A stretch of DNA of 64,000 nucleotides from Bacteroidia bacterium (GCA_017640445.1 JAEPQQ010000008.1:2536-66535), one strand, 5' to 3'; counted from the stretch's first letter, positions 8,959 through 19,698 are shown. The notes: a model not told the origin generated them from the sequence alone. Numbers and translations: made by a program.

Positions 8959-11250
8959 CTACTGCTTCTCGAGCGTGATCATAATTGCCTTCGAAGTAGG
9001 TGTGTTCGATTCATCAGCAGTACTGTCAAGTGGAACCAACACGTTGGTTTCCGGGAAATATGCCGCGGTATTACCGTGTGGTATATCATAAGGGATGGGC
9101 ATAAATCGATGCGCATATCGTTTTTCACCTTTGTAATGACCAACCAGATTGACAACATCTCCTTGTTTTAAACCTTCTTTTTTCATGTCATCCGGGTTCA
9201 TAAACAAAACCCGGCGTTCATTATGAACACCACGGTATCGATCATTTAAGCCATAAACGGTTGTATTGAATTGGTCGTGACTTCGAATCGTCATCAACAC
9301 GTACTTGGCTCCTTCAAGGTCTAAGGCTTCGCAGTTGTTTACCGTAAACAGGCCCTTTTTTTCCTTATTTGTGAAACTCAGTTCGCGAGGGCCATTTGGC
9401 AGATAAAACCCGCCTTTGTTCTGTACCCGATTGTTGTAGTCTTCAAACCCTGGAATTACCTCAGAAATCAGATCTCGAACCCGGTCATACGAGTTTGCCA
9501 TTTCGAGCCACGGTACCTCATGGTCCTTTCCAAAGTGTCGGTGTGCCATCTGAGCGACAATAGCAACCTCGCTAAGGAGTGTGTCAGAAGCCGGATTCCT
9601 ATCACCTTGACTTTGATGAACCACACCCATCGAATTTTCAACGGTTACAAACTGATCTCCGTCATGCTGTACGTCGCGTTCCGATCGCCCGAGGCAAGGA
9701 AGTATCAAAGCCCGTTTGCCATGGATTACGTGACTCCGGTTTGGTTTCGTCGATACATGAACGGTTAAGGCACAATTGTTTAAGGCTTCAGCCGTCGCAT
9801 GGGTGTCAGGGGAAGCAGATAAAAAGTTCCCCCCCATTGCAAAGAACAGTTTGGCTTTTCCTTTACGCATGGCGTCAATGCTGTCTACCACATCCAAACC
9901 GTGTTCCTTTGGCATAGAAACACCGGTTGCCGCCTCAAGTTTGTTGAGAAGTGATGCAGGCGGCTTTTCATAAATCCCCATGGTCCGATCGCCCTGAACA
10001 TTGCTATGACCACGAACAGGACATGTGCCTGCACCTGGTTTGCCAATGCTTCCTTTCAGCAAAAGAATATTGACAAGATCTTGAATGGTTGCAACACCAT
10101 TTTTGTGTTGGGTAATTCCCATTGCCCAACAGATTATGATTCGTTTATTTCGAATAAGTAAGTCGGCCGTATCTCGGATTTCGTTTTCCGAAACCCCACT
10201 CATTTGAACAAGCTTCTTGAAGTCGTATGTTCTGATTGACTCGATCAGAGCATTATATCCCAGTGTGTGTTTCTGAATAAAATCATGATCGAAAACGGTA
10301 TTTGGATTTGCTTCTTCAGCTTCCAACATCAGATACATCAACGCCTGAATCAAGGCCATGTCCCCATTGATCTTAACCTGCAGATAGAGGTCACTGATGG
10401 TTTTTGATTTTAGCAGGCTAAGTTTCTGTGGATTGCTGAAACGCAGTAACCCTGGTTCTTTAAGCGGGTTAACAGCCACAATTTTGGCACCATTGCTTTT
10501 CGCTTCTTCCAGTGAGGCCAACATTCTTGGGTGATTGGTCCCTGGATTTTGTCCAAAAATCATGATGACATCGGCTTTGGCAAAGTCTTCATGCTTTACA
10601 GATCCTTTTCCCAGCCCAAGAGTACGGTTTAGTGCCACGCCACTGCTTTCGTGACACATGTTACTACAGTCGGGGAGGTTGTTGGTGCCAAAACTTCGAA
10701 CAAACAACTGGTACATAAAAGCAGCTTCGTTGCTTGTTCTACCTGAGGTGTAGAAAATGGCTTCGTTGGGATCTTTTAGATTGTTTAACTCTTCTGAGAT
10801 GATGTCAAACGCAGAGCTCCATGAAATGGGTTGGTAATGCGTGCCACCTTCTTCCAGGTACATAGGGTGGGTGATTCTTCCTGATTTTCCAAGGTCGAAA
10901 TCCGGGAACTGCGATAGTTCGTAGACAGAATGTTTGGCCCAGAATGCTGGGTCTGCCTTTTTCGTTGTTGCTTCTTCTGCAATGGCCTTTGCACCATTTT
11001 CGCAGTATTCGGCCAGGAACGAGCGTTTTTCATCGGGGTCTGGCCAGGCACAACCTGGGCAGTCAAATCCATCAAATTGGTTCATTTTCGGAGCGAGAGT
11101 GGCTACTGCTTCCTTGCCAATTTCTTCGGATAAATGCTGGATGGCAACCTGAACTCCTTTCAAGCCAGCCGCTTTTTTGCTTGGTGCTGAAATGGTGCCT
11201 CCTGTGAACTCTTCTGGAGGAACCGCCCCGTTTATTTTCTTCTTATTCAT
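8959..11250 (-). CDS. FdhF/YdeP family molybdopterin oxidoreductase
   Basis: Motifs GFDCPGCAWPDP, EYCENGAKA, FYTSGRTSNEAAF, NNLPDCSNMCHESSG, PVRGHSNVQGDRTMGI and TIRSHDQFNTTVYG. Confidence 0.92.
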   Translation of the reverse strand: MNKKKINGAVPPEEFTGGTISAPSKKAAGLKGVQVAIQHLSEEIGKEAVATLAPKMNQFDGFDCPGCAWPDPDEKRSFLAEYCENGAKAIAEEATTKKADPAFWAKHSVYELSQFPDFDLGKSGRITHPMYLEEGGTHYQPISWSSAFDIISEELNNLKDPNEAIFYTSGRTSNEAAFMYQLFVRSFGTNNLPDCSNMCHESSGVALNRTLGLGKGSVKHEDFAKADVIMIFGQNPGTNHPRMLASLEEAKSNGAKIVAVNPLKEPGLLRFSNPQKLSLLKSKTISDLYLQVKINGDMALIQALMYLMLEAEEANPNTVFDHDFIQKHTLGYNALIESIRTYDFKKLVQMSGVSENEIRDTADLLIRNKRIIICWAMGITQHKNGVATIQDLVNILLLKGSIGKPGAGTCPVRGHSNVQGDRTMGIYEKPPASLLNKLEAATGVSMPKEHGLDVVDSIDAMRKGKAKLFFAMGGNFLSASPDTHATAEALNNCALTVHVSTKPNRSHVIHGKRALILPCLGRSERDVQHDGDQFVTVENSMGVVHQSQGDRNPASDTLLSEVAIVAQMAHRHFGKDHEVPWLEMANSYDRVRDLISEVIPGFEDYNNRVQNKGGFYLPNGPRELSFTNKEKKGLFTVNNCEALDLEGAKYVLMTIRSHDQFNTTVYGLNDRYRGVHNERRVLFMNPDDMKKEGLKQGDVVNLVGHYKGEKRYAHRFMPIPYDIPHGNTAAYFPETNVLVPLDSTADESNTPTSKAIMITLEKQ

Positions 11251-11464
11251 CAACCCGAATTTGCGGCTGCAATGATAACACTTGAAGTGTAAAATAAATG
11301 GCTGGAAGTGATGCTATTTTGAGCAAGTAGACGCATCGACTTTTGAATAGCTAAAGGAGCAAATTGAGTTTAGCCAGATAACCAGGTCAGGCGCTGGTTT
11401 GGCTGTATAAAGCATGGACTAAATCTTTATTTTTGTATAGCACGAACTAAAGAAACAACCACCT

Positions 11465-13210
11465 ATGAATGCCTTCAAGCGCCACCACTTATTGTCCCCA
11501 TTTTATCTAAAAGGAATTGTCACTACATGCATTTTTTTCCTGAGCATACTTTCGACATTGGCACAACCATTGGAGCTACAATGGTCAAACGGCTTGTTTT
11601 CAACCAAAACCAGTTTTACTACTTTGGGCATTAGCCACATTACCTCCGATGATCAAGGCAATATCTACATGGCGGGTTGGTTTCAAGGTAGTGTCGATCT
11701 TGATCCAGGAGCGGGCGAAGAGATCATCTCTTCTGGAAAAGAGGGATTTGCCGGCGGAGAAAGCTTCCTAGTTAAATATGACGAAGAGGGTAAGTACGTC
11801 TTTGGGTTTGCACTCAATGCCATTATCAGCGATGTCGCTTTGTCCGATCAGAATGAAGTCTATGTGGTTGGTACGTTCGATACCATAGTAGATTTTAATC
11901 CATCAACGGCGGTCAACAACCTGAATGGAATTCAGGATGAGGTATTTGTTGCGCGTTATAAGGCCAACGGTGAGTACATGGATGGTTATAGCACCGGTAC
12001 AGGTTCACATGTTTCTGTGGGAGCGGCAAAACTTGATTCAAAAAATAATCTATGCATTTATGGTAGTTTCGATGATACAGTTGAGTTTGACCACTTGTCT
12101 GTCAGCACAACCGACAACAATGGGGCTCTCTTCCTTGCTAAATACTCCAATTTCGGATCACTACAATTTGTATTCGATATTGAGAGTCGCACTAGCAATG
12201 TAAGTCATGATTTAACCTTTGATCAGGACGATAACATTTTTATTACAGGTTCGTTTCTTGCCCGATCTGCCGGAGTAACACTCGACCTGGATCCTGGCCC
12301 AGGCAATACGAACTTGAAAGGGTTTGGAGGAATTGATGGCTTTTGGGCAGTATACAGCCCAGAAGGAGCGTACAAAGAAGGTTACCTGTACGACGGGTCG
12401 GTTCATAACATAGCACTGGATGCTAAGGGTAATATTTACATTTCAGGTAGTACAGTCGACAGTATGGACATTGACCTTGGCCAATCCGAACACCTCATTT
12501 ATACAGAACCTGGTGGCTTTGATCTGTATTTAGCCAAATACGACTCGGACCTCAAACTCCAATACGGCATGTCAGTCGATGGGAATAGTCTAAATGCTAG
12601 GATGCAGAATCTATTGGTCGACGACAAGGAAAACGTGTATGTAAGCGGTCACTTCAGAGACACGTTGGATCTTATTAAAGGAAAAGAAGGTGGGCGATTG
12701 ATTTCGACTGGTTTGAGAGATGTGTACATTGCCAAGTTCGACAAAGACGGCGAACTCAGGTTCGCCCATAGTTTTGGTTCCGGGTCAAATGACCAAAGCG
12801 CTCATATGAGTCTTGATGATAAGGGTAACCTTTGGTTTGCCGGGCAATTCTCAGATTCGATAAACCTGGATGTGGAAGAGACACAATCGAGCATATTGAA
12901 CCCTGGTGACGGGGGTTCTGTATTTGTTGGGATGTATACCGATGGGGATGCGGTTGGTCTATCTGACCTTAAAGAATACACCACTAACATGTATACTGAG
13001 AATGGAAATCTGGTAATAGAATTTTTGGGGACTCCGATCGATGGACAGGTCAATGTGTTTCAACTCGATGGCCAGAAGGTCTACGAGGGCTCACATGTGT
13101 TTAACAACGAAATCAGGATTCGGTTGTCTCACCTCCCCAAAGAACAAGTGTTAGTTGTACTTGCTTCCGACGGCGGAAAGTGGACAGCCAGAAAGCTATA
13201 TATTCGATAG
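11465..13210 (+). CDS. SBBP-like (DxDPG repeat) beta-propeller protein with a probable divergent T9SS CTD
   Basis: Repeats of D.xGN.Y..G.F...VD(L/F)DPG.....(F/Y)(L/V)AKY. C-terminus VFQLDGQKVY...RKLYIR. Confidence 0.75.
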   Translation: MNAFKRHHLLSPFYLKGIVTTCIFFLSILSTLAQPLELQWSNGLFSTKTSFTTLGISHITSDDQGNIYMAGWFQGSVDLDPGAGEEIISSGKEGFAGGESFLVKYDEEGKYVFGFALNAIISDVALSDQNEVYVVGTFDTIVDFNPSTAVNNLNGIQDEVFVARYKANGEYMDGYSTGTGSHVSVGAAKLDSKNNLCIYGSFDDTVEFDHLSVSTTDNNGALFLAKYSNFGSLQFVFDIESRTSNVSHDLTFDQDDNIFITGSFLARSAGVTLDLDPGPGNTNLKGFGGIDGFWAVYSPEGAYKEGYLYDGSVHNIALDAKGNIYISGSTVDSMDIDLGQSEHLIYTEPGGFDLYLAKYDSDLKLQYGMSVDGNSLNARMQNLLVDDKENVYVSGHFRDTLDLIKGKEGGRLISTGLRDVYIAKFDKDGELRFAHSFGSGSNDQSAHMSLDDKGNLWFAGQFSDSINLDVEETQSSILNPGDGGSVFVGMYTDGDAVGLSDLKEYTTNMYTENGNLVIEFLGTPIDGQVNVFQLDGQKVYEGSHVFNNEIRIRLSHLPKEQVLVVLASDGGKWTARKLYIR

Positions 13211-13265
13211 GTTAGAAGGCAAATCCCTACATTTGAACCAACTAGAACCAACCTCGAATCACACC

Positions 13266-16052
13266 ATGAATACCTCAAATTATTTGAAACGTAGTTTGCG
13301 CTGGCTAAATGTGGCACTTTTCGTTCTGCTTTTTATTCGAACGAGCGGCACTGTATATACGGTGGTTAACCTCAAAAACGATGGGGTGGGGTCACTTCGA
13401 TATGCAGCCGGACAACTCTCACCGGGCGACACCATTATGTTTGACCCGGGCCTGATTGCCGGTGGGTCAGATTCGATTGTCTTAGAGGATGAGATATCCA
13501 TTAATCATGGCTGTGTGATTATTGGTTTGCAAACGGCCAACGATACACTCTTTATCTCAGGAGGCGATAGTACACAGGTTTTTTCGTTTGAACTGAAATT
13601 TTATTCAGGAGGCGAGAGAAATGTCACATTGGATCATGTTTCAATACGCAATGGGAAGGGAAGCCATGGTGCAGGTGTCCTGGTCAATGCAACGGATACA
13701 TTTTTTCTGATTAACTCATCCGTAACCGACTGCAATGGTCAAATTGGAGGAGGAGTTTACGTGGGCAATACATCGCTCATTATGCGCAAATCAAGAATCC
13801 ATAACAACCATGCCAGCGTATCCAGCGGGGGGCTTTATTGTTTCGATGACCAGACCAAAGGACGAATGTGGTTAGTTGAAGATTCGGAAATCACCTCGAA
13901 CGTTTCGACTTTGGGTGGTGGTGGAATAGGAAGTTTTGATACAAAATTGGAAGTGCGTTCAAGCATCATTGGTCACAACAAATCGGGGTCGTTTGGTGGA
14001 GGAATACTGGCAGGAGGTATTACAGGCCCTTCAGCCACAACGGCTCAATTATATGTTTATGATTGCATTTTGGAATGGAACGAGGCCACGATCGATGGAG
14101 GAGGGGCTTATGTTGGATCGCGATCACGCGTACATTCCATTTCCGCGGTAGCCGAGTTTGATAAGACATCCATCGTTCATAATCGATGTGGAGGTCTTGG
14201 CGGGGGCCTATTTAGTAACGCAGACATTTCTTCAACCAGTCAAAATCTCACTGCCGGGGCACAAATTAGTATGAAAATTTCGAGGTCAACGTTTGCTTAC
14301 AACGAGGCCACTACTGGAGGAGGTGGGCTCGCATGTAAGGCTAGTTACAGATCGTCTAATCCTCCTACGAGTATATACAGGCTCGGAACAGAGCTGGTCG
14401 TTGAGTATTCTACTTTTTACCAGAACCGTTCTATGTATGATGATCCAACGTCGTCGTGGGGAGGCCAGAATCTTTTTGTCTATACAAGAGCCCACCGATA
14501 CGCTCGGTCTCAGTTTCACCTAAAGAGCTCCATTGTTTTTGGAGAGAAAACAAACATATTTCATAACTATTCGCCGAGATTCGTTTCGCAGGGGCACAAT
14601 GTTTTTAGCGATACAGTAGTTCCCGAACACATCGCTTCAGACTTGGTTGGTGTAGACTCAACCTGCCTGGATTTAGGACCACTCCAAGTCAATGGGGGGA
14701 ACACCCCCACAATGTTGCCATCGTCAAAGAGCGTAGCGGTTGAGAATGGGTACCCATACGATACAATGGAAGCCCAGAATACCAGGATTTATGGTGAGCG
14801 CAGAGATGTAGGAGCTGCTGAAACAACGTACGAGCCAGAGCATCGGTCCATTTGGGGCTGCGACAGCGTTTTTTACAAGAATAGATGGTATGCCGACTCG
14901 CGGTTTGTTCGAGATACCCTTAAAGGTGACTGTGGGTTTGATAGTATTGTCCCTGTTCATTTATGGGTGTTGTCGACGCATGACTACGATACAATAGAGG
15001 CCTGTGATTCATTCACTTGGACCAATGGTGTTACATACACCTCCGATGTCAGGGTACGTGATACATTGTTGAACTCAAATGGATGTGACAGTATTATAGA
15101 ACTATCCCTCACTATAAATAGAAGCAAGAAAACCATAGATACCATTACTGCTTGTGATTCATTTACATGGACGAATGGTGTTACCTATAAGTCCAGTGGT
15201 ACGTATTCCAATCAATTAAGTACTTCGGAAGGATGCGATAGCCTCTCACAACTCGAGCTGATTGTCAATAAAAGTATCAGTGCATTGGATGTGTTTAAGG
15301 CATGTGATTCTCTCACTTGGATCAATGGAACGATATACTACAGTAGTACAGACACTCCAACCATGTTGCTTACAAACCAATATGGATGTGATAGTCTTGT
15401 ACAACTGAACGTTTCTATTGTAAGAAGTACAAGGGATACTGTCTTGTTGGAAGCGTGCGACTCCATAAAGTGGTCCAATGGTCTAACCTATTACGAGGGT
15501 AATCATTTTGTATCAGAAACATTCCAAACCAAAGAAGGCTGTGACAGTACTGTTGTTGCCAAGCTCAACATAACGTCCATCGATACAACCATCCGAATTT
15601 CTGGAGGGCAGTTGATTTCAAACGAAATGGATGGAGATTATCAGTGGATCAACTGCGATAGTATGTCCAACATTCCGTCATCGAATTCCAGAAGGTTTAA
15701 TCCTGGCCAACAGGGAGGGTATGCAGTTCGAATATCAAAATCGGGCTGCGTTGATACTTCCAGATGTTTTCACTATGGTGATGATACCTGTTGTTCAGGT
15801 GTTTCAATTGTTGCTTTTCCCAATCCCTTTGTGGAAGATCTTAAGGTGAGGGTATATGGTCTCGAAAAAGGTGTGTCATTTGAGGTAAGCGTTTACAACG
15901 CAATTGGGCAGCTTGTTGCTCGAAAATCAGGTGAGGCCTCTAGAGAAGTGACCATTCAAACCTACCATTGGGCAAGTGGAGTCTATGTAGCAAAAGTAAG
16001 TTACGGAAGCCGCGTCAAAGGATTTAAGTTAATCCATTGGAAGCCAAACTAA
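13266..16052 (+). CDS. Beta-helix (polymorphic-repeat / choice-of-anchor Q-like) protein with Cys-repeat stalk and T9SS type A CTD
   Basis: VVNLKNDGVGSLRYA, many N.A..GGG repeats, LGPLQVNGGNTPTMLP...RDVGA, tandem ACDS.TW.NG.TY...GCDS repeats and C-terminal FPNPF...YNAIGQLV...GVYV. Start moved to ATG 13266 to remove the overlap. Confidence 0.8.
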   Translation: MNTSNYLKRSLRWLNVALFVLLFIRTSGTVYTVVNLKNDGVGSLRYAAGQLSPGDTIMFDPGLIAGGSDSIVLEDEISINHGCVIIGLQTANDTLFISGGDSTQVFSFELKFYSGGERNVTLDHVSIRNGKGSHGAGVLVNATDTFFLINSSVTDCNGQIGGGVYVGNTSLIMRKSRIHNNHASVSSGGLYCFDDQTKGRMWLVEDSEITSNVSTLGGGGIGSFDTKLEVRSSIIGHNKSGSFGGGILAGGITGPSATTAQLYVYDCILEWNEATIDGGGAYVGSRSRVHSISAVAEFDKTSIVHNRCGGLGGGLFSNADISSTSQNLTAGAQISMKISRSTFAYNEATTGGGGLACKASYRSSNPPTSIYRLGTELVVEYSTFYQNRSMYDDPTSSWGGQNLFVYTRAHRYARSQFHLKSSIVFGEKTNIFHNYSPRFVSQGHNVFSDTVVPEHIASDLVGVDSTCLDLGPLQVNGGNTPTMLPSSKSVAVENGYPYDTMEAQNTRIYGERRDVGAAETTYEPEHRSIWGCDSVFYKNRWYADSRFVRDTLKGDCGFDSIVPVHLWVLSTHDYDTIEACDSFTWTNGVTYTSDVRVRDTLLNSNGCDSIIELSLTINRSKKTIDTITACDSFTWTNGVTYKSSGTYSNQLSTSEGCDSLSQLELIVNKSISALDVFKACDSLTWINGTIYYSSTDTPTMLLTNQYGCDSLVQLNVSIVRSTRDTVLLEACDSIKWSNGLTYYEGNHFVSETFQTKEGCDSTVVAKLNITSIDTTIRISGGQLISNEMDGDYQWINCDSMSNIPSSNSRRFNPGQQGGYAVRISKSGCVDTSRCFHYGDDTCCSGVSIVAFPNPFVEDLKVRVYGLEKGVSFEVSVYNAIGQLVARKSGEASREVTIQTYHWASGVYVAKVSYGSRVKGFKLIHWKPN
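14850..15580 (+). repeat. About 5 tandem ~50-aa Cys-pair repeats (C-D-S-x-T-W-x-N-G ... G-C-D-S)
   Basis: Visible in translation: ACDSFTWTNGVTY...GCDSII, ACDSFTWTNGVTY...GCDSLS, ACDSLTWING...GCDSLV, ACDSIKWSNG...GCDSTV. Confidence 0.8.
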
Positions 16053-16193
16053 ACTTCTTAGTGCTTATACCATTTCGGGTATTCGACCAGCGAGGGATCA
16101 GCTACCGTCGTCAATACCAATGTAAATTACTATCTTAGAGGGCTAATCATAGGACATACCTATGTTCTTTCTTCTCATTAAATACCGAATCCA

Positions 16194-18944
16194 ATGAACT
16201 TAAAGAATTACCTCTGCCTTGTCATTTTATGTTTTTCGTTAAACGTATTTGGCCAGATTCCCAATGTAATACCGTATCAGGGACATATCGCCGATACCTC
16301 GGGAAAGGGTTATGATGGAAACTTCGATTTCTCATTCACAATAAAAGATAACTCCGGGTCACAGCTGTGGACCAGCGGTACCATTTCTGTTCCGGTTGAC
16401 GACGGAGCCTACTCGGTTAGTCTTGGTGAAAGCCCTCAAACCGCTTTGACATCTTCCATATGGCAAAACGACATACTGTTTCTGGAAATTTCCTTTGACG
16501 ATGGCGTTAATGGTTCGGAAACACTTTCACCAAACGTTCAGATCTTACCGGTGCCCTATGCACTGCGTGCTGCGATCGCCGATAGTGCTGCAAACACCAA
16601 TGGACAACTAGGCTGGGGAGACTCCTTAGTACTGCGGGATGCAAGTGGAGATAAACGGTTTGTTCTCAACCCAAATACGGGTGAGTTTAAGATCATGCAG
16701 GACGATACCATTTGGTACGAAGTAGAAAGCAACTCGCCCCCCAAAACGAATGTAAGTTATGGCGATAATAGCCTAACCACCGAATACGTTCGGATGAATG
16801 GGAAGGATTACACAAAAAACACAAGAACCAAAGACGGGTATACCATCGAGCGTTTTGAGCAACATTCAACCGATGCAGGCAATAACGATACAATGAACTT
16901 TACCCGAACCCTGGATAAAAACAAATGTGTGGTTTCTGCCACCTACAAGGTTTTTGATAAAAAAAGGGGAAGGGTGAAGGTGTGTACGTACAGTTACAAA
17001 TGCCCGGGTGGAGATATTCTTTCCGTGAAATGTAAAACGCTGGCAGGGGCAACCCCCGACGAGCCTGATGTGACGGATAACAAGGAAACGGATACCAAAA
17101 CCGAGGAAAAAACAGAAGACGGTAAACTTCAGATGGTTACGGTCGATACCCGAACCGGAAACGAAGTCAAAACTACTTCGGACGCCAAAGATTCTTGTTT
17201 CGTAGTTGAGGCGAGTAAGATTGTGCTTAAGACCGCCAATGGAGAATACGTGGTTAAGGTAGATAAAGATGGGAAAGTGAAACAGGAGGCCAAAAAGAAC
17301 GGTGGAGATGGCCTCATAATTGGTATGGACGATGAGAATAACGAACTATCCATTGAAGACAGCCTGATCCTTAAATACCGGTTCATAAGCCCAACCCAAA
17401 TCAGAATGTTGGTTCAGGAGTTGGGTGTACAGCAAGCCAAACTCTATTTTGAACAATTGGATCTGGAGAATAAAGAAATTGTAACTGGAGGTCTGGAAAA
17501 CTTAAAAAGACTGGTTGATTCTGTTTTTAAGCATAAGATCGTGTCGCAAAAAACCAAAGATTCTATTGAGGTGCTTTATAATGCTTTTGGCCACTTTATT
17601 CAATTCCTGGATGTGGAAGAGTTCAAAGAGTTGAACCAACATGTAGAGCGTATCAGAACGTATGAACCAGGAAAGGTCATAGAAGAAGATACGGATGTGG
17701 CAACAGGAGCTTCCGTAAAAACAACCCGAGACCTTCAGGAGGGCAAGGACATTATAGAAGGATTGAAGGGAAATGACATCATAATGAGTGACACGCCCTA
17801 CGTTACAACGTACAAGTATGATGTTACTTCGAGTACGCCTGTTGAGGTAAAAACCAATCCTGTGAGTTCTACGGTGACCTATGACGGACTTGATCGTGTT
17901 GTGAGGGAGAACGACTCGGAACAACATCACGACATCTATGATGGAAAAACACATCAAATAACCCGAACACACAACGTGAAAGATAGCTCAATAACAACTG
18001 CGGGCGCAACAACGTATTTTTATGATGGATTGGATCGGATAGTGACCAAGTCAGAAGGAGAAATAACCCACGAGTACGATGCGGCCAATTCGATTATTGA
18101 GGAGACCTACGATCCGGATGATAATTCATTGGAATATGATGGATTGTTTAATCGACACCATCGAATAGATACAAATGCATTTGTAGAGAGCTTTGTTGAC
18201 GGGAACAATCGGGAACTAAGCGTGTTGTATGAGCCGTCAGACAGTATTATTAACTACAGTGGGGTGCGATTTGTTGAGTGGCAATTCGATAACAACATTA
18301 CCGTATTAACCTCTCTGGGGCCTGGCCAGAGTTCACTTGCCAATTTTGATCCTGGCACTAACTCGGGTTTGGGAATTACCTTGAATCAGAGCGACAGAGT
18401 GATCCAAATGGGCGACCCATTTGGTGGTAAAATTCCGGTACAGATGGACTCGCTGTTTGCCATGGACTTTGGGGCCGTAAACGGGAATTTTGAAGTAAAT
18501 GGAAACCTCTCCGTAAATGGTAACATTTCCAAGCAGTCAGGTAGTTTTAGAATTGACCATCCACAGGATCCTTACAACAAATACCTCGTTCATTCTTTTG
18601 TAGAATCGCCGGATATGATGAACGTCTACAACGGAAACATCATCACAGACTCTTCCGGTACCGCCACCGTCGATCTGCCAGGATATTTTGAGTCGCTCAA
18701 TATGGATTTTAGGTACCAGCTGACCTGTATCGGCACCTTTGCACAAGCCATTGTGCTTGAAAAGGTTAACGGTAATCAGTTTAAAATTCAAACCGACAAA
18801 CCTGGCGTTGAGGTAAGTTGGCAGGTAACCGGAATCCGAAAGGACCCTTTTGCCAATGACAATCGACTTGAGGTAGAGCAAGAGAAAGAAGAGGGAAACA
18901 AGGGTACACTCCTCTATAAACCTACGCAAACAAACAAGAAATGA
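16194..18944 (+). CDS. Exported phage-tail-fibre-like protein without a T9SS CTD
   Basis: Signal peptide. N-terminal IPYQGHIAD..G...V.V.DG.YSV.LG...I.PVPYAL.A domain. C-terminal VNGNLSVNGNISKQSGSFRIDHP.DP.NKYL.HSFVESPDMMNVYNG...YQLT.IG...VSWQVTG.R domain, typical of bacterial fibre-like proteins. Confidence 0.65.
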   Translation: MNLKNYLCLVILCFSLNVFGQIPNVIPYQGHIADTSGKGYDGNFDFSFTIKDNSGSQLWTSGTISVPVDDGAYSVSLGESPQTALTSSIWQNDILFLEISFDDGVNGSETLSPNVQILPVPYALRAAIADSAANTNGQLGWGDSLVLRDASGDKRFVLNPNTGEFKIMQDDTIWYEVESNSPPKTNVSYGDNSLTTEYVRMNGKDYTKNTRTKDGYTIERFEQHSTDAGNNDTMNFTRTLDKNKCVVSATYKVFDKKRGRVKVCTYSYKCPGGDILSVKCKTLAGATPDEPDVTDNKETDTKTEEKTEDGKLQMVTVDTRTGNEVKTTSDAKDSCFVVEASKIVLKTANGEYVVKVDKDGKVKQEAKKNGGDGLIIGMDDENNELSIEDSLILKYRFISPTQIRMLVQELGVQQAKLYFEQLDLENKEIVTGGLENLKRLVDSVFKHKIVSQKTKDSIEVLYNAFGHFIQFLDVEEFKELNQHVERIRTYEPGKVIEEDTDVATGASVKTTRDLQEGKDIIEGLKGNDIIMSDTPYVTTYKYDVTSSTPVEVKTNPVSSTVTYDGLDRVVRENDSEQHHDIYDGKTHQITRTHNVKDSSITTAGATTYFYDGLDRIVTKSEGEITHEYDAANSIIEETYDPDDNSLEYDGLFNRHHRIDTNAFVESFVDGNNRELSVLYEPSDSIINYSGVRFVEWQFDNNITVLTSLGPGQSSLANFDPGTNSGLGITLNQSDRVIQMGDPFGGKIPVQMDSLFAMDFGAVNGNFEVNGNLSVNGNISKQSGSFRIDHPQDPYNKYLVHSFVESPDMMNVYNGNIITDSSGTATVDLPGYFESLNMDFRYQLTCIGTFAQAIVLEKVNGNQFKIQTDKPGVEVSWQVTGIRKDPFANDNRLEVEQEKEEGNKGTLLYKPTQTNKK

Positions 18945-19438
18945 TGAGAATCGTATTCATAGTATTCTTGTTAGGTGTTGGAGCAATGGCATATGGCCAG
19001 TCGAGCAGTGCACATTATAAAAGCAAGGTCAGGGGCCATTTAACACATGGTGGACTACAGTCGGGCACAAATAGCAAGAACCAGACTGTAAACATCTGGA
19101 CCGAAGGGCATGAGCAAAAATCGAGCTATGCGACCAACCGCGTTTCGCTGGGAACTTCCTCAGATACAAGTCCTGTTTCCGTAGCGCGTTTAGCCCTTGC
19201 GAATGATGCGTTTATTGTTTACCCAAATCCTTTCGATAATGAAATCAGTGTATTGTCGAAGAACGGGTCAAGCATTGATAAACTCGTCCTGTATGACGCT
19301 ACAGGAAGGGAAGTTTTTACGGCGAATCTGCAGGTTCACGAGGCATCAATTGACGTCTCGTTAATAGCACCGGGTTTGTACACCATACAGGTTGAGTCAG
19401 AAACGCAAAAGTGGTTTACCAGCCTGGTTAAGCCATAA
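18941..19438 (+). CDS. Small T9SS type A sorting-domain protein, translationally coupled to the fibre-like gene
   Basis: ATGA overlap with the upstream stop. Signal peptide, ~60-aa Ser/Gly-rich domain, then VYPNPF...YDATGREV...GLYTI. Confidence 0.8.
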   Translation: MMRIVFIVFLLGVGAMAYGQSSSAHYKSKVRGHLTHGGLQSGTNSKNQTVNIWTEGHEQKSSYATNRVSLGTSSDTSPVSVARLALANDAFIVYPNPFDNEISVLSKNGSSIDKLVLYDATGREVFTANLQVHEASIDVSLIAPGLYTIQVESETQKWFTSLVKP

Positions 19439-19698
19439 AGAAGCTGACCTTCTCTATGTGCCAGAACCCGGTGCAAATGGGTGGTCTTTGCCAAATACGT
19501 TGTATTGCAAGAACATGTGCCAAGCATTGATTGTAAGGTACGAGTAAACTTAAGAGAGATCAACGGCACTGGTATTCACAAGTAATTACTTGATCGATAT
19601 GCCTTATTCTCAGCGTAAACGATAATCTAAATTCGTTTCCGTTTGAAATCATCGTAGCACACGGTGATGAAGGTATTAACATTAATTAATGAAAAGTT

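Noticed and set aside
17870-18170. YDGLDR / EYDAAN motifs suggesting an RHS/YD-repeat toxin
   Set aside because: Only a few motifs, no RHS core (PxxxxDPxG), no toxin tip or immunity gene. They fit the protein's own longer repeat better.
16194-18944. Prophage or tailocin suggested by the fibre-like gene
   Set aside because: The protein has a Sec signal peptide, and no capsid, tail tube/sheath, baseplate, terminase or integrase genes are nearby.
19439-19698. 260-bp intergenic region as a possible ncRNA or riboswitch
   Set aside because: I could not find a convincing structure or known motif.
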